NCBI RefSeq assembly: GCF_018977255.1
Contig: NW_024704743.1
Coordinates: forward strand, 112,904,001-112,968,000
DNA length: 64,000 nucleotides
From: Callorhinchus milii
Taxonomy: Eukaryota
Reading direction: 5' to 3'
This document shows, one piece after another, positions 14,628-26,600 of this stretch; position 1 is the first letter of the stretch; each line of letters starts with the position of its first letter. The notes under the pieces were generated by a model that saw only the letters and a list, made by a program, of their open reading frames with translations, searched no databases and was not told the DNA's origin. Position numbers and translations under genes: made by a program.

Positions 14628-16310
14628 GTATGAAACATTTAAATTGTATTAAAATTGCTTGAGAATGATTCTAGGATGATTTATTTCTCATCTCAACTTT
14701 CCTAACGTCCCAGGCCACTCGACTCAGATAACTGTAAACATCTCTATAGTTTCCAGCTGTCTTGGGATCTGGTAGGAAATGTTGTAGATCATCCAGAAAT
14801 AAACCCTTTGGCTGATTTCCTTCGCTTTCTTTGATGTGGTCCGTCTATGAAACTCAATGACTAGGGAAAGTTTGATTCCAAATGTCTTATAGGCTTAGAC
14901 TAGATGGATTGACTGGGAAATGAACTCAGATCTCACAGACCGAATTTGTCTTTCGCTACTTGCACTATTTGTTTTATTTCAACAGTTGCTTTCCACAGAT
15001 TCTTCTATTTAGAATTTCAGACATTAGGGTTTGTATGTTGGCATTTTTAGAGGATTTCAGCAAAAAAGTGACACATCATTTAGTATTGAATAAAAGTGCT
15101 GGTTTATTCAGATATGGAAGCATATAATATTACTGAACAGAAATGCATTGATTGAAGTAAAATTCTGCAAAGATAACATCAGTTTCATTCAAGCATTCAA
15201 TGTCGGAGAATTAGATTCATTGTTGATTCTTATTGAAGCATGAAATTAACTCCATAGAAGATAGAGCCTACTCTCCTCACATGTTCCGTCCTAAAGCTCT
15301 ATATTCTGTTAAAGGCTTTTTTATTACCCCTAATAGATTTACCATTGTACGTTGTAAATGAGTAACAGTTTTCATTATGATGATAAATTATTTGTTAAAT
15401 ATTTCTGGTCTTTGGGGCTACTGTTGCATGAAAAATGCTAATGTTAAATGGATGCCATGAAAAGTAGAAAATTGCACTCATATAAACTTAGCCCTCCAGC
15501 CCCCCTCCCCCTTTCTCACCATCCCAGACACACACACAAAAGAAAATAACTATTCAGGCTGGAGACGGGGCCATGGATTTCTAGAGGCCTTCTGGCGCCA
15601 GTGAATTGCTCACTGGAGTGTATTTCCATCAATGAAGAGATAAGTGGCTATATATTTATATATTTAAAATATTATATGATTTATCCCTTCTTCCCTTCCC
15701 CCTAACAGCCCAGCTATTAAACTGGGGGAGGGGGGAATCCATAAAGGATTTGAAAAATAGAGTTAAAAGTTAGTGGACTGAGACAAACCTGCAACTACAG
15801 GGGTCAGAAATTCCTGTGGTCATTGGTCTGGAACTTGTCTTCTCAGGGGTCTGGACAGGCAGAAATACTAATTTGTGGGGTCAGTTGAAAATAAGAAGCC
15901 ATTTGTAATTTTCCATGAAAATTTTTGATCAACCTGTATTTACAGGGTTTACCAGAAGTAGCTGCTTAAGATTGAAATTGCAACTTGCAAGAGCAGAGGA
16001 CTAAGCAAATTCATAACTTTGAGAGGAAGAGAAGTCAGCAGATTGGCTGTTACATTCCAATGCAACAATAGTGTAGTGCAGGGTGGGGGGGAGGGGGTGA
16101 ATACGTAGCTCTGAGCATTGACAAGCAGTCCATGTAATAAGGACTGATACAGCGTGTTCTACATTTAATTGAGGGTGACACGTAGAACTTTGAAAGATTG
16201 CAGATTGCCCAGTACCATAAGAATATGTTTCCATAGGGCAGTTCCATTCAATTTGACTGAACCTTCTCTTTCAGTCATTAATTGATAAAGATACCTATGA
16301 AAGGTTGTGT

Positions 16311-16624
16311 TAATAATAATAATCCTTGCATTTGATATAGCGCTTTTCACGTCTTCTAGACGTCTCAAAGCACTTCACAGAATATACTGTAAAGTGAATT
16401 GACTGTATATTTGTGGGCGAATGCGGCAGCCAATTGCGCATAGCAGTGTCCCACAAACAGTCGTAGATTGAAAATGACCAATTTATTATTATTTTTGTTT
16501 TGGAGGGATTATTATTAGGCATGTGGAGTAAGGAAACTTGCCCAAGTTTCGCCCTCTGCCTGGAATTGAACCCAGGTCTCTCGCTTGCAAAGTGAGTGTT
16601 CTAACCACTGAGCTACAGGACTCC
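16311..16624 (-). mobile_element. Full-length tRNA-derived SINE (short body, TAGAA tail loop)
   Basis: Same head, core and tail as 6351-6660 with a different tail loop. Confidence 0.92.
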
Positions 16625-19600
16625 TGTGTTTCCATGTTTAGATACAGATAATAATAATCCTTGCATTTGATATATATGTGCATTTGTTGTCATTAGAGTA
16701 TGTTGCACATCATCTCTGTTAATTCTATAAAGAGTGCATTACGGAATCGATAATTTTGGTGCCGAGATTGACTGATCAGTACTGCTGAAGTACGTTTCAC
16801 TTTTAGTAAAGGTTAAAGGCAGTCATCAGTCCAATGTGCAGTTAGTTGCACAAATAAGACAAGAGTAACAATTCACAGTTTTTTTAAGTGAAGACATTCA
16901 CACAGAAACCTTTGTTAATCCCTCAGATCCCCTCTACACTATGATATTTGCTTTACCATCAACTCTGAAATCGCTCCCTTTTCATACAACATGCATCTGA
17001 AAGAACAAGTGATCAATCTCCTCCCAGTTGTCTGCTAATGCCATTATAACCTAGACACCAGTCAGAAAGACAGGAGCAGTTTGGCGTTGACTGCCCCTCT
17101 GATTCTCCCTTGCCCCGTGGTGAAATGCCTGAACTCCAAACTGTATTTACCTGCACTAAATTGAGGTGAGATCATAAATTCATCATTAGCCTCCAAGAGA
17201 GAACTGGACAAATACCTTAGAAAGAGACAGCTAATGGGGTAAGGGGAAAAGGTAGGTAAGTGGGAATGATAGGATTGCTCTTGAGGGAGCCAGTACACAA
17301 TAGATCGAATGGCCTTTTTCTGTAGTTCTGTTTGTAAATTTACAGATCTTGGTGGGTTAAAACATCTCCAAATTCTCTGGGAAAATCCTTTTATACACAT
17401 ATACTGCCACTCTGTACATTTTACTAACCTTTGGAAAATCCCTGTTAAATTAATCTCAAAGCACTGAATAAGTTGCAATTTCAAACCTTCACATTAGAGC
17501 CAGAGCCACATTGTGCAGTGTAATTGCTGTATTAGTCTGTAATATTTCCGTAATTTTCTTCAGTCAATACTAAGCAGTATTGCGAAACATTGTTTGCAAA
17601 ACAGCAGTAATATTTGGATCTTCAAAGTGTAGTATCTCAAATGTGTTTAGTACAAGTAATCACCCCAGTTCGTTGAATGACTAAGCTTGGACACACCTGT
17701 TTATTAACTGGGCAGCCACTGACAGTTCTGATTCATGACTGAGTGACTGCTGGACTGGTCTTCACATGATCCCCATGGTGAGCTCTTCTACCGCCTACTG
17801 AATGCAGACTGTTTGAAGTTTCTTTTAAACATTTCTAAGACATTAGTACAGCAGGAAACCTCTGATGGGGTCCTTAATGTCACCAAGTTAGCAGCTGTTG
17901 AAATCTTTTCAGTTTGGAATGAGCTACTTTATCTTTTTTTAAAAATAAGTTATATTCCAATTAAACTTTGTGGATTCATTATGTTATCTTCACTTTAGCT
18001 AGAACAACAGTTCGGTTATATGAACAACAGTTTATATTTAGTGNTTTTTGTAATTAAACACAATCTAGTTGTAAATCTGTTTGAGTACATATCCAAAAAT
18101 GTAATGCGTCGTTAAATGGTATGTTTAGAGAGAGATTGAATGAAACAATCAGCTTCAACAATTCTCTTTGCACTTCAGTATTGTGATTACAGATGTAAGT
18201 TCAGTGCTGGATTTGGTTGTGTTTACAATTGTAAATTTTAAGTACTACTGTATAAGCATGGACCATTAGTTCATGAATAGAGCACTTTTACAAGAGGAGT
18301 AAATTTTGCATTCTGCCATCAAATATGTGTGTTCTCCACAGTGTCTTACAAACAGTACATTTATTCAAATTAACTAATTAATTTAAACTGTTTCATTGGA
18401 GAATGGGCAGAAAAACTAGAAAAAAAGTCTTCTTTCCAGTTGTTTACGTATTCCTGCAAAACATCTGAATGTGTATGGGGTGTTCGCACGTGTGTGTGTG
18501 CAGTCTCCCCATAAAAGTATTAGGATATTCCATAAAAAAACGATCTCATGGCCAGTGATTATGTTAAGTTTGTACTTTGGTTGTACCCAGTACGTTTTGT
18601 GCTATGTCCTCAACCCATTCTTAGCGTAATTTCAAGGAGTAGGAGAATAATAATAATCCTTGCATTTGATATAGCGCCTTATCATGTCTTCTAGACGTCT
18701 CAAAGCGCTTCATAGAATCGACTGAATAGACTGTATTGACTGTATATTTGTGGGCAAAATGAGCAGGAAGACAGAGAATCCTATTTCAAGGATTTTCTGG
18801 CCACTAGCAGTTATTGAGAAAGCATGAGACAGGACTATAGGAGAAATGGGGAAGAGGAAATTCCAGGGGGTACAGAAAAATAATTGGGATCCAAAAAATA
18901 ATTCTGTGACTTTTACTGGTTTTAAGAGATGTTACTCCCTCAATATGCAAATTGCTTTAAATATTACTCCTAAAGATGACTGTAAATCACCTTTAGCTCT
19001 AAGGTGATTCATTTAGTTTGAATCAGCACTTTTTTCCAAGAAATTTTGAACAAGGAGACTATCTAAATGAAACTAAAAGAGGTATCCCAACTAGTCAAGT
19101 CTGCCAATAAAATAAATTCAATTCACTTTACAGTATATTCTGTGAAGCGCTTTGAGACATCCAGAAGACATGTAAAGTGCATATCAAATGCAAGAATTAT
19201 TATTAAACCCAATCCTGGCCTTGCTCCATGTTCCACGAATGTTCATTTTCCAGCCAGGCTCGTTGATGAAAACTTGAAATGTCCCTTTGGAGAACCATGG
19301 TTATGTTCTGAAAATTTAAAATTTACCTTCAGTAAATCAATTTACTGAAGGTACAGCCATGGAAGAAGAAAATCAGTCTGCAATCCCATTCCAAATTTCC
19401 ATTTATGACCGCTGCAGTAAAACAAGCATATGTGGACACAGGGTGAAGACAGGATTGGGTTGATCCTTCTTTTAGTCAAATAACCCATCAGCAATCATTG
19501 TCCAGGGGCTCAAATGACTAGTTATGTGCAGTTCTATTTGTATGAAACTGTATCCCAGCTTGGGTCACTGTCCTCAAGATATGAGGGAAGACAATGAAAA

Positions 19601-19929
19601 GAATCAACTTGTATATCAGGGACAACTAAATTTTGAGGATTTAGAAATTCTTAACTAGCCCCAAATGCAACATCAATTTGATGTTTAAGAATAAAATGCT
19701 TTAAACATTTTCTATTTGTTTAGCTACGTGTTGAGATGCTGTGTAATAAATGTTGTAAATTGACTGATATATGGGTCAAACAATGTACTCATGTTGTTAA
19801 ATGAAGCAACATTGACAATGTACCTTCGTTCCTCTGGGTCTGGCCTCCTCCTTGTCCCCCGAGTCCTCCGCTCCACCCTCGGTAGCCGTGCCTTCAGCCA
19901 CTATGCCCCGAGGCTCTCAGGGGATGCCA

Positions 19930-20079
19930 ATCGACTAATAACGAGGTTGCTACTTACTGCTGGGTAAATAGAGGTGTTTGAGTAAGGAAACTTGTCCAAC
20001 GTTTCACCCTACCCAGGAATCAAACCCACATCCTCTCGCTTGCGAGGAGAGTGCTTTAACCACTGAGCTACAGGACTCC
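19930..20079 (-). mobile_element. 5' half of long-variant tRNA SINE
   Basis: tRNA head plus the extra CTCTATTTACCCAGCAGTAAGTAG segment of the long variant. Confidence 0.8.
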
Positions 20080-20190
20080 GTATTGATACAATAGAGAAGT
20101 TATTCCCTTAAAATAGGAGCGAGATGCTCTGAGCACATTTCTTCTTCAAACTGGCTTTTTCTGGCGATATCAATGAGTGCTAATGTTATG

Positions 20191-20513
20191 ATAATAATAA
20201 TATAATAATAATCCTTGCATTTGATATAGCGCTTTTCACGTCGGGAGGATGTCCCAAAGCGCTTCACAGAACACACTGTAAAGTGAATTGACTGTATATT
20301 TGTGGGCGAACGCGGCAGCCAATTGCGCACAGCAATGTCCCACAAACAGTCGTAGATTGAAAATGACCAATTTATTATTGTTTTTGGTTTTGGAGGGATT
20401 ATTATTAGGCGTATGGAGTAAGGAAACTTGCCCAAGGTTTCGCCCTGCCTGGAATTGAACTCAGGTCTCTCGCTTGCAAAGCGAGTGCTCTAACCACTGA
20501 GCTACAGGACTCC
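20191..20513 (-). mobile_element. Young full-length tRNA-derived SINE
   Basis: Near-identical to 6351-6660 and 62400-62716. Confidence 0.92.
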
Positions 20514-21690
20514 ACCGAGTGAACAAATAAAACCGGTATTGTGCTTGTGTACACGCATTTAAATAGATATTTACATGTGCTCATTTCTTTTTGCAAAAAG
20601 AGTAATTGGCCACATTTTATCATTTTAACTTGTTCACATATAATGGAAAAACTCATTATGCAGTAATGTTGATGGGGCACACATTGCATCTGCCAATACA
20701 CATTATTTTTTATTGTATTTTCAACATGTGAAAACTGCAATATTTATAATAAATGATAATAATCATCCTTACATTTGATATAGCACCTTATCAAGTCGGA
20801 AAACATCTCAAAAGCGTTTCGCAAGGTTTTTGCTGTGAATTATAGTGACTATATTTTGTAGACAAACACAAGAGCCTATTTATATACTGCAATATCCCAC
20901 AAACAGCCATGAAGTGACTGATCAGTTGTATTTGGAGGATAGATTTGTGCTGCTTAGACATAGTGTGTGCTGCAGAGTGAGCCTTTTTTAATGACCCGGT
21001 TTGAAGGGAATTCAGAGCAGCCTAGAGTAAGTACTAAACCTCCCAAAAGAAAAGCTCCCAATGTAAAGATAATGGCCTATTATATGTGTGTTGTGTAAAC
21101 GTGTTTATATAGAAAGTCTTTGATTATGTAATTAACAGCCAATGAAAATGATTATAATTTTTCAGTTTCCAAGTTCTTTTTAATGACCCACCTTATAATA
21201 AATGGATTGTATTACCTAGTGGAGAAAAATCTAAGTTAGTTTTGCTCTAACATTTAAGATTCCTTCACTCTACAGGATGATATTGTGTAAGTCGGCGGTT
21301 GGATTTCAGTGGGAGGTATAAGGCTGCCCAGCACCCATTTGTCAACTTGATAGCACCTCTGTCGACTTTTCTTTGAACAGTGGAAAAATGTATGCAAGCC
21401 ACTCTATCATTTACACTCACATCTATCATATGCACAAATACTATACAATACAAATTTACATTTATATAATGCCTTTCCTGTTGAGAGGGCGTCCAAAGGC
21501 ACTTAATAATACTGGCTTGGTATCCAAGCTAGGGGTGAGCTCCACTTGCTGCATCTTCTAATAACAATAATTCATTCATTTGAAAGCCTTTCACATCAAT
21601 AGGATCTCTCAAAACACTTCACAGGATTCACTGTAACGATCAGTGACTGGGTATTTTTTAGGCGAACATAGCAGCAACATCACACAAACA

Positions 21691-23414
21691 ACAACAAGAA
21701 CAACTTGGATTTATATAGCGCCCTCCACGCTGGACGGCGTTTCAGAGCGCTTTACAGTAACCTATCCCGGGACCGAGCGAGGGGGAGGAAGGTGACCAAA
21801 GGCGCGGTTGAAAAGAAAGGTCTTCAGCAGAGACCTGAAAAATGGGAAGGGAGAGAGCGAGACAAAGGGAGTGAAGAAGGCAGTTCCAGAGCCTCGGGGC
21901 ATAGTGACTGAAGGCACGGCCTCTGAGGGTGGAGCAGAGGACTCGGGGACGAGGAGGAGGCCAGACCCGGAGGAACGAAGGCAACAGGTACTGTTTTGAG
22001 GAGAGAGGAGGTCAGAGAGGTAGGTGCAGAGGAGTGCAGGGACTTTAATTCAAGGGTGAAGATCTTGAAGTCGATCCTCTCTGGGATAGGCAGCCAGTGC
22101 AGTCTGGCAAGGACTGGGGTGATCGAGCAGCGGAGTTTTGTGCAGGTGAGAATGCGGACGGCAGAGTTTTGAATGATTTGGATTTTATGGATGGTAGTGG
22201 ATGGGAGACCGACCGGTGAGGAGGGCATTAGAGTAGTCCAGCCGAGAGGTGACAAAGGCCTGGACCAGGGTTTCAGCAGCTTTTGGAGAGAGGTATTGGC
22301 GGAGATTGGCGATGCGTCAGAGGTAGAAGAAAGCGGTGCTGGTGAGGGACTGGATGTGGGGGAGGATGGATGATTGGGGGTCGAACCTGACGCCTAGGTT
22401 GCGTACGGGTTCGGAGAGTTTTAGGGGAGGTTGGGTAGGTAGAGGAGGTGAGAGCCTTGAGATTTTAGACGTTGACGAGAGCCATAGAGTATAGCTTCCG
22501 TCTTGTCAACGTTCAGCTGAAAGAAGTTTGCGGTCATCTAGCCCCTGAGATCTGACAGGCAGGCTGACAGAACATCAGGGGAAAGGGGTCGCAAAGAGAG
22601 GTGGAAAAATAGAGTTGGGTGTCATCTGCATACATGTGGAAATGTACCCCATGTCTGCGGATGACATCCCCAAGAGGGAGCATGTAGATCAGAAAGAGGA
22701 GGGGGCCAAAGATGGATCCTTGGGGTACCCCGCAGGTGACCGGGTGAAAGCCGGAGGAGAAGCCGTTTGTGCAGATGTACTGCTGGCGGTTCGTGAGGTA
22801 GGACTCGAACCAGGCAAGTGCGGTCCCACTGAGGTGGGTGACGGAGGAAAGGCGGTAGAGGAGGATGGCGTGATCAACTGTCGAACGCGGCGGAGAGGTC
22901 CAGGAGGACAAGGAGGCAGAGGTAGTCCTGGTCACAGATAGAGAGGATGTCATTTGTGACTTTCACAAGCGCAGTCTCTGTACTGTGGGCAGGGCGGAAA
23001 CCGGACTGGAGGGGTTCGAAGAGGGAGTGGGAGGAGAGATGTGCGCAAAGTTGGTTCGCAATAACATGTTCTAGAACTTTTGAGAGGAAGGGCTGGTTAG
23101 AAATAGGGCGGTAATGGCTGGAGTTTGAGGGATCTAGGGAGGGTTTTTTCAGGAGGGGGGTGATGACAGCAGTTTTGAGGGAGGCAGGTCCTGATCCAGA
23201 GGAGAGGTTGATGATGTCAGCCAGTAGTGGGCATAGGAGGGGTTGCTGGGTGACCAGCAAGTTGGTGGGGAGGGGGTCAAGGCAGCAGGTGGTGGGTTTC
23301 ATGGAGGTGATGGTGGATGAGAGGGAGGAGGGAGAGATGGGGTGGAAGGAATGTAGAATGGAGGTGGTGGTAGGAGCAGATGATGAGGAAGGTGAGGGGG
23401 GCAGAGAGGGCGTG
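21691..23414 (-). mobile_element. 5'-truncated L2-clade LINE (ORF2 reverse transcriptase, frameshifted)
   Basis: ORF fragments carry [30 protein letters not shown] and LHWLP motifs, and there is a (TTG)n-type tail. Flanked by AAACA (21686-21690, 23415-23419) and inserted in an older Deu-type SINE. Confidence 0.93.
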
Positions 23415-23697
23415 AAACAGCCAGAAGGTTACATTTTATCGGGGGAATTGTTGACCAGGAAATGGGAGCAGCTCCCTTCTCTTTTTAATTAGCGCCATGA
23501 AATCTTTAACGTCCACCTGAACAAGCAGATGTAAATTCAGTTTAACATCTCATCCATAGGATGCCACTTCCAACAATGTAGCACTCCTCCAGCACTTCAC
23601 TGGAGTTTCAGCCTAGATTATGAGCTCAAAATTCCAGTGTGGAGCTTGAATCTACACTTAATTCAGAGTTGAGAGTTCTACCAACTGAGGCTGACAC
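23415..23697 (-). mobile_element. Older Deu-domain SINE, 5' part (3' part at about 21562-21690)
   Basis: Contains the atctttaacgtccacctgaaca and gcactcc..cagcac Deu-type core; continuous with the tail on the other side of the L2. Confidence 0.75.
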
Positions 23698-26600
23698 CTC
23701 TCAACTCGCATCTATACTCTAATTCGAGGCTTTATGGAAAACCAAGTTGATGTCATGAAATAATCAGTCACCAAGAGCATTGACAGTTGCTTTTCAATAG
23801 TGAAAGCTAATTTAGAATTGTTGAAAATACTGAAAATTAAAGGGATTAGCATAGATAAAGATAGTATTTCCTTTAAGGTATTGCAGCTTAAAAATATTTC
23901 AAATAATAATTGAGTTGCCCAGTTCAAAGAAAATAAGAATTTGGTTTTACCTTTCAGGTAGTGATTTAATCTAATTACCTTTGGCGTTTTGCTAAAAAGA
24001 GGGAAGTTCTATGTTAAGTGTTTTAGTTGGCAAGGCAATACTTAATAGCATAGCAGATCTAAATGAGCAAATATATGTGAGACTTTAGATAGTTAATTGT
24101 CTCCAAGTAATTTTACTACTAGCCTTGAACAGACACAATAACAAATTTACATTTATAAAACACCTTTCATATCAGGAGGATGTCCCAAGGTGCTGAACAA
24201 AAACAAATGAAAATGAGTGCTACAGTTAGAAAATTGACATTAAGAGCAGTCAATAGACTGACCTATTTTATTAGTGTAATGCCTTTATCAGAGAATTTGA
24301 TTTCAAAACAAAAAAAAAACTGGCTTGAATAGAGAACGGCCTGTACAGAGAGTTACCTGAATAATGAGTGGACTGTATTGACAGTGGCCTAAATATTGAG
24401 TTGCCCTGATTAGTGAGGTATCCGCAATGTGAGATTCAATTGTATGTATTACTCAGGTTTCTCTGGAGTGCTGATAAGCTGTAGTGCTCACCCTGAAGTC
24501 AATGTAGTAAGATAATTGTCATGCACAGAGAGCACAAAATGGCACCTCAAGAAATGGCTTTGCAGGTTGCACCACCAGAGGCAGTAAGCTGAAACGTCTC
24601 CATGTTGCCTTGGCAGTGACAGATGCTAATTCGTGACTGCAGTGATACAGTTTTTGCTGGGTCGTATAGACCTTCAGTCGGTGGCCAAAAAATAAATGAC
24701 GCAATGCCAACTCTGAAACAACTTAATGTATTTGCTCCTAGTCCTACCAAATTGAAGCAGCCCTATACCCTTCTAAAATGCAGTATTAGAAATCCTGGTC
24801 CTCTGTCTCAGATAGTTGAGGTGTTAGAGCAACAGTTTTCACTGTTGAAACTAATTACATGTCACACTAGAATCTATTACAGAGGGAATGGTAACTTCTT
24901 AATTCAGTTCCCAGTGTTTACTGTTGATTATACAGAAGTTTAAACAATTCAGTGACGGTCCTCTAGCTATCAAAAGGGTGGTTTATGTTAAATGAAAGGG
25001 GTTCGCTGCTGTTTTTGTGTAGAAGTATCAAGTCGCTCTTGAGGAAAGGGCTTGGAGTGCGGGCTGGAGTTTGCAGCTGTAAGTGTTTGTGGTATGTTTC
25101 CTGCATTAATCATCCATGTGAAATGGAGATTTTTTAAATCACGAGATGAAAATGATGACATTTAGTACAATATAGAGTGGATTAGTTTGTAATGGTGAAT
25201 AACAGCATTTTGAAACAGATAATTTCTAGTCTTAGATCACTCAGTACTATTTTCCAAAGAGGGCAGTTTTCAATGCTGGGGTGCAGCATACGGAATTCAA
25301 ATTAGTGCCAACCCAACCATGTCAATATATGGAACAGCAGAGCAGAAAGTAAAGGTTGATATATGGGAGCGCTTTGGGACATCCTCCTGATGTGGAAGGC
25401 CGTGAAAATGTAATTTTGTTGTTGTTGTTGAGAGCACCTGTGAGATGGAAATTGAAGCATTTATTTCCTAGAGCAGGACCTCTTTAATGGGTGGGTTCAA
25501 TCCTTGCTTCGACCAGCATTTCAAACCTATTCCTCAGACCTGCTTGTCACTTCGACATATAAACTGTACCTTTGGGAAACTGCAACCTTCAAATAAGCCC
25601 ATCCTCAAGAACTCAATATATCCTCAAGAGCATTTTGTGTGCATTGAAGGAGAATAGCAAGAATGGCTTGGGGAAAGGGCAATGCAGTTTTTGCAGCTTT
25701 AAGGAGTGTTGTTAAAAGGAATTAGCAGGTACGTGGTAATGGAACCAAGAAGTGAAATCGCCACAGTTACCGTGTTACTGTGCACACTTCACAGGCTTCC
25801 AGCCATAGGTTCACGTCCCATGGCTGGTTGGCACTCAAACCCACCAGCTTGCAAATGTGATAAATTTGTCAGTTCTCAGTGGGGGTGCTAAGTGAAGTGC
25901 CTCAAAGGCATAGCACATCCCACCACAGGGAAGAGGGAAACTGACATTGTCCATCTTGACAGCTCCAGGCACCCGTCAAGGCAGCTGAACAAAACGTAGT
26001 AGTGATGGCATTTCAGTTTGGAGAAGTAAACATCCCCTTTCACCCTGCTGTCCCAGCTAAAGGAAAATGAAAGGAGGTAGAAGCTTTGCAGGAAGGAGGA
26101 AAAAAAGGACATCAAAGCTTTGGGGAAAAAAGAAACAAAATATCCTTACTATATTAAAATGCCTCAAAATGCTGTCTGCTGCGTAGCACTGTTATTCTAC
26201 TTCAGTAACCCAGTGTAGAGCATATTTTCACTGAAGATACAAAACATTAGAGTTATAGTTTCGTTTGGAGGTTTTTCTCTGACCAATTTTCTTTCCCCTT
26301 CAACTTTGCTAAAGTTTTTTTACTCCTTTGTTCTGTCTCGGTTCCACAGGCAGTGGTCTCCTCTAGCCTGGTACCTTGCCTAAGTGGCCATTATTTATGT
26401 GTGAGCTTTGATAATAATAATATTCCTTGCATTTGATATAGCGCCTTATCACGTCTTCGAGACGTTTCAAAGCTCCTCACAGAATATGCTGTAAAGTGAA
26501 TTGTCTGTATATAATGAACGTTAACAGGCCTTTCGACCCACGCACATTTCAGCAAGTCTTTCGATAGCCATCAGGTGTTGGAAATCTGACTGATTATCCC

